Below are positions 1 through 10,193 of a stretch of 48,784 bases of DNA, one piece after another. The DNA comes from an uncultured SAR86 cluster bacterium (GTDB lineage: Bacteria > Pseudomonadota > Gammaproteobacteria > Magnimaribacterales > AG-339-G14). Made by a program: the position numbers and the translations under genes. The notes under the pieces were generated by a model. The model was given only the letters and a program-made list of their open reading frames with translations. It ran no database searches and was not told the origin of the DNA. Positions within the stretch are counted from its first letter, which is position 1. Each line of letters begins with the position of its first letter. The stretch spans positions 1 to 48,784 of the forward strand of contig CABZTA010000004.1 in the NCBI GenBank assembly GCA_902528485.1, given 5' to 3'.

Positions 1-225
1 TTTATTAAATTTATCAACTCTTCCACCTGTATCAACTAATTTATGCTTACCTGTATAGAATGGATGAGAAGCTGAAGATATATCAAGCGGACAATAAGGA
101 TAGGATTTTCCTTCCCATTCTTTTGTTTGTTCAGTTTGAATGGTTGAAGGAATAAGAAAGTACTGATCTACACTTGTGTCATGAAAAAGTACTTCTCTGT
201 ATTCTGGATGAATGTCTCTTTTCAC
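1..225 (-). CDS. rpmE2: 50S ribosomal protein L31, type B (Zn-independent); 3' end runs off the window
   Basis: Not in the ORF track; read by hand. GTG at 225 gives [75 protein letters not shown], with L31 motifs IHPEY, SHPFYTG and GRVDKF and no CxC/CxxC zinc ligands. Divergent from priA, as is typical. Confidence 0.95.
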   Translation of the reverse strand, partial: MKRDIHPEYREVLFHDTSVDQYFLIPSTIQTEQTKEWEGKSYPYCPLDISSASHPFYTGKHKLVDTGGRVDKFNK

Positions 226-285
226 TTTGTTTGCTTAATAAATTTAGTGACGGCATGATACCAGAGAAGTTTTTATTATCAACAT

Positions 286-2448
286 ATGAAAGATTCTGAA
301 TACAATGTTGCAGAAGTAGCTGTTCCAGTGCCTGTAAGGAGCAGTTTTTCATATCTCAGTAGAAATCAAATTCTCCCTGGAACCAGAGTAAAAGTTTCTT
401 TTGGTTCAAGAACTTTAATTGGAGTAGTGATATCTTCATCTGAGAAATCTGATTCTCATAGAGACCTAAAGTTTATTGATTCTGTTTTAGATGATAAGGA
501 ATTACTAAATAAGAAAGATATTGAATTAATTTCATGGTTATCAAATTACTATAAAACTCCAATAGGAGAGGTGGCTAAACTTTTTTTCCCTCCTTCAATG
601 AGAAAGGAGATTGAAATTCCGGATGAGCAAGAGATTTTTGAGCTTACTCAAAAAGGAGAATTTTATAGCGAAGATCTCCTTAAAAAATCTCCCAAACAAC
701 TTGAAATGTTGTCCTATTTCAGAAAAGAAAAAACAGCCACACGCCATGGCTTGAAGAGTATTTCATATGATTCGAGAATTCTCAGAGAGCTTGTAAAGAA
801 GGAGCTTATTTCTCAAAAGAAAATCAAATATAAAGAAGAAATTCAATATGAAAGTACAGAAAACTTTCTTGAACTAAACAGCGAACAAAAGGCAGCCTAT
901 GAGTCTTTCAAAGAATCTTTAGAATCTTTTAAGGTGCATCTTTTATTTGGTGTCACTGGAAGTGGTAAAACTGAAACGTACATGCATATTATTAGCGATG
1001 TGTTAGAAAATCATAAACAAGTTGCAGTTTTGGTTCCCGAGATTGGCTTAACCGGATCTTTAGAAAAATCACTTAAAAGTCGATTTGGAAACAAGGTAGT
1101 TACAATGCATTCTTCCTTGTCTAATAAAGATAGACAAAGATCTTGGAAGTCCATTCAGTCATCAAGTGCAAAAATTATCCTAGGCACAAGGTCTTCTATT
1201 TTTACTTCAACTCCTGATTTAGGACTCATTATTGTTGATGAAGAGCATGATTCTTCTTATAAGCAAAATGAGATGCCGTGTTATTCAGCTAGAGACACTG
1301 CCATTTATAAAGCTAAATTGCATGGTTGTCCGGTTATTTTGGCATCTGCTACTCCAAGCCTTGAATCGTTCAATAATGCAAAACTAAAAAAATATGCTTT
1401 GAATAAACTTGAGGAAAGAGCAAGTGAAGCCAACAAGCCAAAACTCGAATTAATTGATCTTCGAGGTAAAGAAATTATTTCAGGGCTTGCCACAAATACG
1501 ATAGCTGAAATTAAGAAAGAACTCACCAATGGAAATCAAGTTATGATCTTTCAAAACAGAAGAGGTTATTCGCCTGTGATTGTTTGCGAGTCATGTGGGT
1601 GGTCGCCTAATTGCCCAAATTGTGACGTTAGAATGGTCTATCACAAACAAACAAATAAATACTCTTGTCATCATTGTGGATATGCTGAAAATTACTTCCA
1701 AGAATGCAAGGTTTGTCCAAACAACGAGCTATCTTTCTATGGGGCAGGAACCGAAAAATTAGAGGAGTCTTTAAGGGCTATTTTTCCTGATTTCCCTATC
1801 TTAAGAATAGATAGCGATATTTCATATAAAAAAGATCTGAATACTTTGCTAGCTCAACCGTTAAAAGGGGAACCTATGATTCTAGTTGGCACGCAGATTC
1901 TTGCCAAAGGTCATCACCTCCCAGATATCACCTTGGTAGTTATTTTAGATGGAGATTTCAGTCTTTACAGTCTCGACTTCAGAGCAACGGAAAGAATGAA
2001 TCAACTAATCACACAAGTATCGGGCAGATCAGGAAGAGGCAACAAGTCCGGAAAGGTATTGATTCAAACTTTTGTGCCTGAGCATCCAAGTCTTGAAAAG
2101 GTCGTCGATTCTAGTTACGAGACTCTTGCAGAAAATCTCCTTCAAGACAGAAATCAAAATAAGCTTCCTCCTTTTTATCATTCGATAAATTTAATAACAG
2201 AATCAACTTCTTACATCTCTTGCAAAGAGGAATTAAATAAAATTAGAAGCATGTTTGTAAATCCTCACATTGATGTGATTGGACCTCAGCCATGCATCAT
2301 TGAAAAAAGAAAAAACATCTTTAGGTGGCAAATTTCAGCAAAAAGTAAAAACAGAACTCTGCTACATAACTCTCTCGATAGAGTATTAGAAAATCATAAG
2401 ATTATTGGCAACAAAGTTAGGTTATCTATTGACGTGGATCCTTTATGA
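286..2448 (+). CDS. priA: Primosomal protein N' (replication restart helicase)
   Basis: GVTGSGKT Walker A, LVPEIGL, DEEHD, SATPS, four CxxC pairs, GTQILAKG, QVSGRSGR, C-terminal DVDP. Confidence 0.97.
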   Translation: MKDSEYNVAEVAVPVPVRSSFSYLSRNQILPGTRVKVSFGSRTLIGVVISSSEKSDSHRDLKFIDSVLDDKELLNKKDIELISWLSNYYKTPIGEVAKLFFPPSMRKEIEIPDEQEIFELTQKGEFYSEDLLKKSPKQLEMLSYFRKEKTATRHGLKSISYDSRILRELVKKELISQKKIKYKEEIQYESTENFLELNSEQKAAYESFKESLESFKVHLLFGVTGSGKTETYMHIISDVLENHKQVAVLVPEIGLTGSLEKSLKSRFGNKVVTMHSSLSNKDRQRSWKSIQSSSAKIILGTRSSIFTSTPDLGLIIVDEEHDSSYKQNEMPCYSARDTAIYKAKLHGCPVILASATPSLESFNNAKLKKYALNKLEERASEANKPKLELIDLRGKEIISGLATNTIAEIKKELTNGNQVMIFQNRRGYSPVIVCESCGWSPNCPNCDVRMVYHKQTNKYSCHHCGYAENYFQECKVCPNNELSFYGAGTEKLEESLRAIFPDFPILRIDSDISYKKDLNTLLAQPLKGEPMILVGTQILAKGHHLPDITLVVILDGDFSLYSLDFRATERMNQLITQVSGRSGRGNKSGKVLIQTFVPEHPSLEKVVDSSYETLAENLLQDRNQNKLPPFYHSINLITESTSYISCKEELNKIRSMFVNPHIDVIGPQPCIIEKRKNIFRWQISAKSKNRTLLHNSLDRVLENHKIIGNKVRLSIDVDPL

Positions 2449-2863
2449 TATTGATCAGCCTCTTTTCATCATTGTCGCAATGATTTAACTCAATAATATA
2501 ATCAGGATTATTAAAATATCTCTTTGATTTTTCTGGCCATTCAACCAAGGTGATGGCATTTTCCTCGGTTAAATAATCTTCCACCCCAATAGCTTGAAGT
2601 TCTTTATCATCTTCAATTCGGTATAAATCAAAATGAAAAACTTTTAAATTATCAGATTCGTATGACTCTACTATTGTAAAGGTTGGACTTTTTACAAATT
2701 CATCAAAGCCAAGCTCTTGAATTAATCCTCTTACAAAAGTTGTTTTCCCTGCTCCCAAATTTCCTATCAAGTTTATAAGAAGGGAATTTTTAAATCCTTT
2801 AATTAAAGAGGCAAAATTTTTTGCTTTATCCTCAGTTTCCTTTTCGCCGATTAATTCTTCCAA
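2426..2863 (-). CDS. tsaE: tRNA t6A37 biosynthesis ATPase TsaE
   Basis: GNLGAGKTT, VKSPTFTIVESY, HFDLYR and VEWP motifs; follows nnr as in other Gammaproteobacteria. TTG start. Confidence 0.95.
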   Translation of the reverse strand: MEELIGEKETEDKAKNFASLIKGFKNSLLINLIGNLGAGKTTFVRGLIQELGFDEFVKSPTFTIVESYESDNLKVFHFDLYRIEDDKELQAIGVEDYLTEENAITLVEWPEKSKRYFNNPDYIIELNHCDNDEKRLINIIKDPRQ

Positions 2864-2887
2864 TGTCTATATTAATATTTTTCTCAC

Positions 2888-3715
2888 TTATAACTCTAAA
2901 TCAACAAGATGATCTAGAAGAATACTTGGTCTAAGAGATCTTTGACCATAATTCTCTTGCAGGCTATCGCAAGCAACCGCGTGGTGAAAAACGCCCAAAA
3001 TAGATGCTTCCTTAGATGACAGTCCCTGTGCTAAATAGCCTGAAATCATGCCGCTTAAGACATCTCCCATACCACCAACAGCCATTCCTGGATTGCCAGC
3101 CGGGCAAACTGAAAAAGAGCCTCCATCATAAACAATTGTTTCTTTGCCTTTCAATACAACAGTGCCTGGATATAGATCAAATAATTTTTTTGCCATAATC
3201 TGTCTATTTTTTTGACTGCTAATTTTATTAGCTTTTAATAGCCTGGCTGCCTCCCCTTCATGAGGAGTGATGATTAAGTTCTTTCTGGGAATCTTGAAGT
3301 CTAGGATCTTAGGTAATAGGTTCAATCCATCTGCATCAATCAAAATTGGCAAATTCCTTTTTTTGGCAGCATGCAAAGATTTATAAAGAACTTGTTCGGA
3401 CCAAGCATTGGTTCCAAGCCCTGGTCCTATACAAAGCACGCTAGGTTTTAGTAAATGATCATCCAAATCTTGACCTGAGTTTACTGGTTTTGCCATTACC
3501 TCTGGACAATAGCTTAAGGCTGCAGTCACGTTCTCTGATCTAGTGGCCAGACTAACTAATCCAGCTCCACAGGATATAGCTGCCGTGGATGCAAGAATTC
3601 CTGCTCCACCAAATCCTTTGTTTCCTGCGACAACTAAGACATGCCCAAAAGAATGTTTATTAGCATTCGGAATTCTTTTTAGCTTTTTTAGTATTGACCT
3701 TACTTTATTTTCCAT
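2888..3715 (-). CDS. nnrD: ADP-dependent NAD(P)H-hydrate dehydratase (YjeF C-terminal domain only)
   Basis: NKHSFGHVLVVAG, GAGLV, IGPGLG, DADGL, TPHEGEA, VLKG and GMGDVLSG; only 275 aa, so no epimerase domain. Confidence 0.92.
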   Translation of the reverse strand: MENKVRSILKKLKRIPNANKHSFGHVLVVAGNKGFGGAGILASTAAISCGAGLVSLATRSENVTAALSYCPEVMAKPVNSGQDLDDHLLKPSVLCIGPGLGTNAWSEQVLYKSLHAAKKRNLPILIDADGLNLLPKILDFKIPRKNLIITPHEGEAARLLKANKISSQKNRQIMAKKLFDLYPGTVVLKGKETIVYDGGSFSVCPAGNPGMAVGGMGDVLSGMISGYLAQGLSSKEASILGVFHHAVACDSLQENYGQRSLRPSILLDHLVDLEL

Positions 3716-3779
3716 TTTTTCAATTCGATGTTTATAAATATAGTGTTATTCTATTTCTTTTCAAAAATAATTTTAGTCA

Positions 3780-4640
3780 ATGTCCGATAAAGATTCGAAT
3801 AAAGAGCATCAATATAAAATAAATCACAGCATTGCTGATCCAAATCAAGAGGCTGCAATCCCAGTGCCTGCTGCTACAGTTCTGTTGGTTAGAGAAGGGA
3901 AAACCACTCCAGAGGTTTTTATGATCCAAAGAGCAGCCAAAACAAATTTTGGCGGCGCTTGGGTTTTTCCAGGCGGTAAGTTAGATCAAGAAGACTACCA
4001 AGAGTCGCTGTACGATAAATGTGGAGGACTAAACGATCAAAAAGCTTCTGAAATCTTGGGTATCGAATCCTCAGGCTTAGGTTATTGGGTAGCTTGCATC
4101 AGAGAATGCTTCGAAGAATGCGGAGTTCTTTTAGCCTATACCGAAGACAAGAAACTATTCAATCCAGATGTCGAGCAACAAAAAATTCTTGATTCTTATC
4201 GTGATAAGTTAAATAACGGAGAGCATGTTTTAAATGAACTTTGCGAAGAATTTAATCTGACTCTTGCCACGGATCATCTAGGATTTTTGTCTCATTGGAT
4301 TACCCCAAAAATGGAAAAACGTAGGTACGACACTAGATTTTTTGTCGCGCTTTCACCGGAACATCAAAAAGCAGAGCACGATGGTGGCGAGGGAGTTAAG
4401 AGCACTTGGATTACTCCAGAGGAAGCACTAACAAAAGGTGCTGAAGGAACTTTTCCGATTATCATGCCAACCATAAAAAATCTTGAAGCTATTTCAGGAT
4501 TTTCAACAACTGAGGATCTTCTGGACGATAAATCTAAAAATAATCACCAAAAGTCTCCCTCCATACTTCCAAAATTTTTCATGGAAGATGGAAAGCTAGT
4601 AGGACTTTTGCCAGGGGATCAAGGTTATGAAGATCACTGA
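3780..4640 (+). CDS. NUDIX hydrolase (NUDT19-like, split Nudix box)
   Basis: PAATVLLVR, VFPGG...(insert)...IRECFEECG, HWITP, RRYDTRFF and PT motifs typical of this subfamily. Confidence 0.88.
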   Translation: MSDKDSNKEHQYKINHSIADPNQEAAIPVPAATVLLVREGKTTPEVFMIQRAAKTNFGGAWVFPGGKLDQEDYQESLYDKCGGLNDQKASEILGIESSGLGYWVACIRECFEECGVLLAYTEDKKLFNPDVEQQKILDSYRDKLNNGEHVLNELCEEFNLTLATDHLGFLSHWITPKMEKRRYDTRFFVALSPEHQKAEHDGGEGVKSTWITPEEALTKGAEGTFPIIMPTIKNLEAISGFSTTEDLLDDKSKNNHQKSPSILPKFFMEDGKLVGLLPGDQGYEDH

Positions 4641-5439
4641 GCTATCACCTTTAGTAAAAAGATTAACTGCAGGCAACGCAAGTGTCTTTACAGGACCTGG
4701 AACAAATACTTATATAGTCGGTAAAGAAAATTTCACAGTCATCGATCCCGGACCAGCCATTGAAGAACATATCAAAGATATTGTAAAAGTTTGTGGAGAG
4801 GATATTTCACAGATTCTTGTGACACACACGCATCCAGATCACTCACCTGGGGCAAAATTACTTCACCAAAGGACTGCGGCTCCAGTGATGGGTATGTATG
4901 CCAAGTATCCAAAGCATCAAGATAGAACTTTTAAACCAAACAAAGAACTATCAGAAGGAGATGAGATCAAAGAAGTCGATCATACTTTGATTGCTATTCA
5001 TACTCCTGGACATGCATCTAATCATATTTGTTTTTTCTTAGAAGAAGAGAAAATGTTATTTACTGGAGATCACATCATGGAGGGATCTACGGTTGTAATT
5101 TCTCCTCCCGATGGAAACATGAGGGAATACATTGATTCTTTAGAAAAGCTGAAAGCACTTGGTATCAAAACCATTGCACCTGGACATGGTGAAACCATGC
5201 GAGATGCTAATGCTGTTGTTGACTGGATAGTAAGCCATAGGATGTTTAGAGAGAAAAAAGTAGTTGATGCAATAACTGAGTTAAATCGATGCACGATAGA
5301 TGAACTTTTGCCAAAAGTTTATGATGATGTTGGAAGTCACTTGCATGGCATCGCAAAATCTTCTCTAGAGGCTCACTTAATAAAGTTGATAGAAGAAAAA
5401 AAAGTAACTAAAGATAAAGATATCTATATCTGGGGCTAA
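4627..5439 (+). CDS. Metallo-beta-lactamase-fold hydrolase (LACTB2-like, C-terminal winged helix)
   Basis: TGPGTNTY, IDPGP, THTHPDH, TPGH, GDH, PGHG and AHLxKL; overlaps the NUDIX stop by 14 bp. Confidence 0.9.
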   Translation: MKITELSPLVKRLTAGNASVFTGPGTNTYIVGKENFTVIDPGPAIEEHIKDIVKVCGEDISQILVTHTHPDHSPGAKLLHQRTAAPVMGMYAKYPKHQDRTFKPNKELSEGDEIKEVDHTLIAIHTPGHASNHICFFLEEEKMLFTGDHIMEGSTVVISPPDGNMREYIDSLEKLKALGIKTIAPGHGETMRDANAVVDWIVSHRMFREKKVVDAITELNRCTIDELLPKVYDDVGSHLHGIAKSSLEAHLIKLIEEKKVTKDKDIYIWG

Positions 5440-5441
5440 CT

Positions 5442-6083
5442 TTAATCTGGAAGTCTTACTCCGCAGCCCCCAATACCACAATAACCGTTTGGGTTTTTCG
5501 CAAGGTATTGTTGATGATAATCCTCAGCATAAAAGTAATCTTCTAATGGAAGAATTTCAGTCGTGATTTCAGGGTATCCTTCTTTTTTTAATGCTTCGCT
5601 GTAATTCACTTCACTCTTTTTGATTTGATCCAATAAAGTTTCATCAGAGTAATAAATTGCAGATCGATATTGTGTTCCCATATCATTGCCTTGTCTCATC
5701 CCTTGAGTAGGGTCATGACCCTCCCAAAAAATCTTAAGTATTTCTTGTAAGGAGATAATTTTGGGATCAAACACCACATGCACAACCTCAGTATGTCCGG
5801 TTAGGCCACTACAAACTTCCTCATAAAGAGGGTTAGGCGTAAAGCCTCCTGCATAACCAACCGAAGTAACATAAACTCCTTCTATATTCCAAAAAAGTCT
5901 CTCAGCTCCCCAGAAGCAGCCCATCCCTAGAAATATTTCAGACATACCTTCAGGAAAGGGCCCTATCATTGATGAGTTATTTACAAAGTGACTTTCATTA
6001 AACTGGATTTCATCAGTTCTTCCAGGGAGAGAGTCTTGCTCATTCACCATCAGGATTTTTTTGGATCTATCTATAAAAAACAT
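5442..6083 (-). CDS. msrA: Peptide-methionine (S)-S-oxide reductase
   Basis: GCFWG active site, YEEVC, HDPTQGMRQGND, AEDYHQQYL. Confidence 0.97.
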   Translation of the reverse strand: MFFIDRSKKILMVNEQDSLPGRTDEIQFNESHFVNNSSMIGPFPEGMSEIFLGMGCFWGAERLFWNIEGVYVTSVGYAGGFTPNPLYEEVCSGLTGHTEVVHVVFDPKIISLQEILKIFWEGHDPTQGMRQGNDMGTQYRSAIYYSDETLLDQIKKSEVNYSEALKKEGYPEITTEILPLEDYFYAEDYHQQYLAKNPNGYCGIGGCGVRLPD

Positions 6084-6085
6084 AT

Positions 6086-8026
6086 TTATTTATTTAATCG
6101 ATTGTTGATCAAATGGTCAACTACACTTGGATCAGCAAGGGTTGTCGTATCTCCAAGATCATGGATCTCATTTGCAGCAATTTTTCTCAAAATTCTTCGC
6201 ATAATTTTTCCTGACCTCGTTTTAGGCAAGTCAGGAGAAAATTGAATAATGTCTGGTTTAGCGATGGCACCAATCTCTTTAGCTACCAAATCCACTAATT
6301 CTTTCTTTAGAGAGTCTTCACCCGAAGAACCTATCATTAGGGTAACGTAACAGTAAATTCCTTGCCCTTTTATTTCATGTTCGTAACCAACAACAGCAGC
6401 TTCTGCGACTTGTTCATGCAAGACTAATGCACTTTCTATTTCAGCGGTGCCAAGCCTATGTCCTGAGACATTTAAAACATCATCAACCCTTCCTGTTATC
6501 CAAAAATATCCATCTTCATCTCTTTTAGCTCCATCCCCAGTAAAATAATATCCAGGGTAAGTTTTAAAATATGTATCAATGCATCTTTGATGATCTCCAT
6601 ACACTGATCTGATTTGAGAGGGCCATGGATCTTTGATGGCTAAATTACCTGAACCTGCTCCAGATATTTCTTTGCCATTTTCATCTAGAAGCACAGGATT
6701 TACTCCAAGAAATGGCTTAGAAGCACTGCCAGGTTTCTGAGATGTCAAAGCTGCTAGGCCAGTTATCATCATTGCTCCAGTTTCTGTTTGCCACCAGGTG
6801 TCGACAATTGGACATTGACTATTACCCACCACATTAAAATACCATTCCCAAGCTTCTGGATTTATTGGTTCTCCAACGGTTCCTAGTACTTCTAAAGATC
6901 CCCTGTCGGTTTTTTTTACAGGCTCATCACCTTGAGCCATTAATGCTCTTATCGCTGTTGGAGCTGTATAAAAAATATTTACCTTATATTTATCCACAAT
7001 ATCCCAAAATCTTGAATAATCTGGATAAGTTGGGACTCCCTCGAAAATAACTGAGGTAGCACAGTTCATCAGAGGACCATAAACAATATAAGTATGACCG
7101 GTTATCCAACCTACGTCCGCTGTGCACCAATAAACCTTGCCTTTTTTATAATTGAATACAAGTTCGTGAGTTATTCCAGAAGAGAGAAGGTATCCAGCAG
7201 TTGTATGCAAGACTCCTTTTGGTTTTCCAGTTGAACCAGACGTGTAAAGAATGAAAAGTGGATCTTCGGAATCCATTGGCTCACATTCACAGTGAGGTTC
7301 AAAATTTGAAATTACGTCAGAGTAGGCAACATCAATCTCAGGATTTATATTAATTGCTGTATCTGTATTTTTAACAACTATAACAGTGTGAACATTAGGA
7401 CATTGCTCTACTGCGGAGTCCACATTGTTTTTTAGAGGAACTTTTTTACCTCCTCTTAATCCTTCATTTGCTGTAATTATCGTTTGGCAATCAGAATCAA
7501 GAATTCTGTCTTTCAATGATTCGACAGAAAATCCTCCAAAAACTACTGAATGTACCGCACCAATTCTTGCGCAGGCCAGCATTGAATAAATAGCCTCCAA
7601 AATCATGGGCATGTAAATACACACCCTATCTCCTTTTTTTATTCCTCTTGATTTAAGTAAATTAGATAATCGACATACCTGTTCATATAATTCTTTATAA
7701 GTAATTCTTTTAGATGTCCTGCCATCGTCACTTTCCCAAATGAAAGCGATGTCTTTGCCATTATTTTCAAGATGTCTATCGACGCAATTAAAGCAAGCAT
7801 TCAATTTTCCATTAGAAAACCACTCAAACTCAGCTTCTTCCATATTTGTGGAAAGTACATCATCAAAAGGCTTTATCCAATTCAATCTAGATAAAGCTTC
7901 CTCGCCCCAAAATTTATTTGGATTATCTAAAGAGAGTTTATAAAGTTCACTGTATTTCTCTTCAGACATCAGAGGAACAAGATTAGATATTTTTGGAACT
8001 GGGTAGATCTTATCTGACATTTTCAA
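6086..8026 (-). CDS. acs: Acetyl-CoA synthetase
   Basis: [47 protein letters not shown]. Confidence 0.97.
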   Translation of the reverse strand: MKMSDKIYPVPKISNLVPLMSEEKYSELYKLSLDNPNKFWGEEALSRLNWIKPFDDVLSTNMEEAEFEWFSNGKLNACFNCVDRHLENNGKDIAFIWESDDGRTSKRITYKELYEQVCRLSNLLKSRGIKKGDRVCIYMPMILEAIYSMLACARIGAVHSVVFGGFSVESLKDRILDSDCQTIITANEGLRGGKKVPLKNNVDSAVEQCPNVHTVIVVKNTDTAININPEIDVAYSDVISNFEPHCECEPMDSEDPLFILYTSGSTGKPKGVLHTTAGYLLSSGITHELVFNYKKGKVYWCTADVGWITGHTYIVYGPLMNCATSVIFEGVPTYPDYSRFWDIVDKYKVNIFYTAPTAIRALMAQGDEPVKKTDRGSLEVLGTVGEPINPEAWEWYFNVVGNSQCPIVDTWWQTETGAMMITGLAALTSQKPGSASKPFLGVNPVLLDENGKEISGAGSGNLAIKDPWPSQIRSVYGDHQRCIDTYFKTYPGYYFTGDGAKRDEDGYFWITGRVDDVLNVSGHRLGTAEIESALVLHEQVAEAAVVGYEHEIKGQGIYCYVTLMIGSSGEDSLKKELVDLVAKEIGAIAKPDIIQFSPDLPKTRSGKIMRRILRKIAANEIHDLGDTTTLADPSVVDHLINNRLNK

Positions 8027-8487
8027 ACTAGCTTTTTTACGTTTTTTAATGATAAACCATTGCCTTCAATATAAGGGCATCTAATTTCTTTTAAGCCTGC
8101 AACAAAAAAATCTCTATTTTTCCAATCATAATGAGGAATTGTCAGATTAGGAGTTGAGATTTTTTCATCTCCATAAAAAATAATATCTATATCGATTGTT
8201 CTTGGCCCCCATCTTTCCTTTCTAATTCGACCTAAATCATTTTCTATAGACAAGACTTCTTCGAGTAACTCATATGGAGTTAGCTTAGTTTCAATATGGA
8301 TAGCTTGATTTAGAAAGTCTCTTTGTTTAATTTGACCGTAACTTTTGGATTGATAGATTGACGATGTAGTTAGTATTTTTGTGTTTTTAATCCTCTCGAT
8401 AAGAAGAATAGCTTTTTTTAGGTAATTTTGTGAATTTCCAGAATTACTGCCTGTTACAAGGTAGACCTGATTAGATCCATTGGACAT
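8023..8487 (-). CDS. folK: 2-amino-4-hydroxy-6-hydroxymethyldihydropteridine diphosphokinase
   Basis: [22 protein letters not shown]. Confidence 0.95.
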   Translation of the reverse strand: MSNGSNQVYLVTGSNSGNSQNYLKKAILLIERIKNTKILTTSSIYQSKSYGQIKQRDFLNQAIHIETKLTPYELLEEVLSIENDLGRIRKERWGPRTIDIDIIFYGDEKISTPNLTIPHYDWKNRDFFVAGLKEIRCPYIEGNGLSLKNVKKLV

Positions 8488-8489
8488 CT

Positions 8490-9131
8490 TTATCCGTATT
8501 GCTGTTTTTCTTTGATCTCTTCGATTGTTTTACAATCAATACATTGAGTTGCAGTTGGTCTTGCTTCAAGTCTTTTGATTCCTATCTCGATACCGCAAGT
8601 TTCACAGAAGCCGTAAAAATTATCTGATAGATCCTTCATAGACTGTTCGATCTTTGAAATAAGTTTCCTTTCTCTGTCTCTTTTTCGAAGTTCAAGCATG
8701 AATTCTTCTTCTTTAGATGCTCTATCAACTGAATCAGGAAAGTTACCTTGGTCATTCTGAATTAAATCTTCAGTTCTTTGTTGCTCTTCGTGAAGTGCAT
8801 TTTTCCATGCTTGTAAAATATTTTCAAAATGCTTTTTTTGGTTAGCATTCATGTATTTTTCATTTTTTTTTGACTTATAAGGCTGGAAGGTGCTTGAAAA
8901 GTTTGAAAAATCAGAAATATCTACAGTAGATTTTTTAGGAGCTGTTTTTTTGGCAACTTTCTTTGTAGAAGATTTTTTTGCAGAAGCCTTCTTTGCAGGA
9001 GTTTTTCTTGCAGCGGTTTTTTTAACTGATTTTTTTAAAGCCTTAGCTACTTTAGTTGATGATTTTGTTTTTGCAGGAACTTTCTTTGTGGAAGCTTTTA
9101 GTTTCGATTTTGTTTTTTTTGCTGTAGCCAT
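8490..9131 (-). CDS. dksA: RNA polymerase-binding factor DksA with a long Lys/Ala-rich N-terminal extension
   Basis: C-terminal DksA core (YMN, [13 protein letters not shown], [14 protein letters not shown]...[15 protein letters not shown]) preceded by about 70 aa of KKxxAKK-type low-complexity sequence. Confidence 0.95.
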   Translation of the reverse strand: MATAKKTKSKLKASTKKVPAKTKSSTKVAKALKKSVKKTAARKTPAKKASAKKSSTKKVAKKTAPKKSTVDISDFSNFSSTFQPYKSKKNEKYMNANQKKHFENILQAWKNALHEEQQRTEDLIQNDQGNFPDSVDRASKEEEFMLELRKRDRERKLISKIEQSMKDLSDNFYGFCETCGIEIGIKRLEARPTATQCIDCKTIEEIKEKQQYG

Positions 9132-9188
9132 CTATTAGAAATTTAGGTTGTGCAAGATAGCAAAAGAAACTTTAATTTACTAGTTTTT

Positions 9189-10193
9189 TTAAAGTGCATT
9201 GAATTCTTTTTGGTACTTTAGATATTCTTCTCTTTGCAGCCGAGGACCAAAAACGGTGACGCCTCTTGAAGCTAAAAAACATCCAAATTTTGCCGCTTCT
9301 TCATTTGAACAACCTCCAAGCAAACTATTTAAAACGGCTCCAGCAAACATATCTCCAGCTCCATTTGTATCTATTGGATCCACTTTGTATCCCTCGACAT
9401 ATTGAATATCATTATTTTCAAGGATCATAGCTCCTTCAGAGCCAAGAGTTACGAAAACTTTTTTTGAATACTCTCCAAGTTTCTTTATTGCATAGTCAAG
9501 GTTTTCTAATTCAGTTATTACTTTTGCTTCATCGTCATTACAAAACAAAACGTCAACTTTAGAATCTAAAACATTTAGCATTCTTTCCTTAAATGCTGAC
9601 ACTATGTTTGGATCTGATAAAGTGAAAGCAATTTGTACATTTTTACTTTTTGCTAATCTTATTGCTTCCATGCAAGCATCATAAGAATCATCTCCACTCA
9701 TCATGTATCCTTCCAAATATATTAGTTTGCTATCATCAAAAATCTCATCAGCCACATCTGTAGCAGTTAAATCAGAACTTATTCCTAAGCAAGTACTCAT
9801 GGTTCTTTCAGCATCTGGACTTACCATGACAGTGCAAGTTCCAGAATTTATGCTTGAATCAAGCATGACTGAATGATCTATGTTTACTCCAGCATCCGAG
9901 AGATCGCCTAAATAAAAATTACCATTCTTGTCATTTCCTACCTTACATATATAGCTACAGGATGATCCTAAAATCGAGGCAGCAAAAATAGTATTAGTTG
10001 CAGATCCTCCACAAGCTAAACTGGGTTTTCCATACTCTTTTTCCAAACTATTCAATAAGTTAGTTTGTTCATCGGAATCAACTAAATGCATAGTCCCTTT
10101 TTCGAAGCCTTGTTTCTTAAGAAAAGAATCAGTTACATGAAATTCACTATCAACTAGAGCATTTCCAAGTCCAATGAGATCGAATTTAGCCAT
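9189..10193 (-). CDS. PfkB-family carbohydrate/nucleoside kinase (adenosine kinase-like)
   Basis: GNALVD, GGSATN, DAERTM, EGY and DTNGAGDMFAG PfkB signature. Confidence 0.88.
   Translation of the reverse strand: MAKFDLIGLGNALVDSEFHVTDSFLKKQGFEKGTMHLVDSDEQTNLLNSLEKEYGKPSLACGGSATNTIFAASILGSSCSYICKVGNDKNGNFYLGDLSDAGVNIDHSVMLDSSINSGTCTVMVSPDAERTMSTCLGISSDLTATDVADEIFDDSKLIYLEGYMMSGDDSYDACMEAIRLAKSKNVQIAFTLSDPNIVSAFKERMLNVLDSKVDVLFCNDDEAKVITELENLDYAIKKLGEYSKKVFVTLGSEGAMILENNDIQYVEGYKVDPIDTNGAGDMFAGAVLNSLLGGCSNEEAAKFGCFLASRGVTVFGPRLQREEYLKYQKEFNAL

Noticed and set aside
4627-5439. Antibiotic-resistance beta-lactamase
   Set aside because: No signal peptide; LACTB2-like motifs with a winged-helix tail indicate a cytoplasmic housekeeping hydrolase.
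8890-9138. 82-aa hydrophobic ORF on the + strand resembling a membrane peptide
   Set aside because: It is the antisense reading of the Lys-rich DksA tail (AAA codons read as TTT/Phe).
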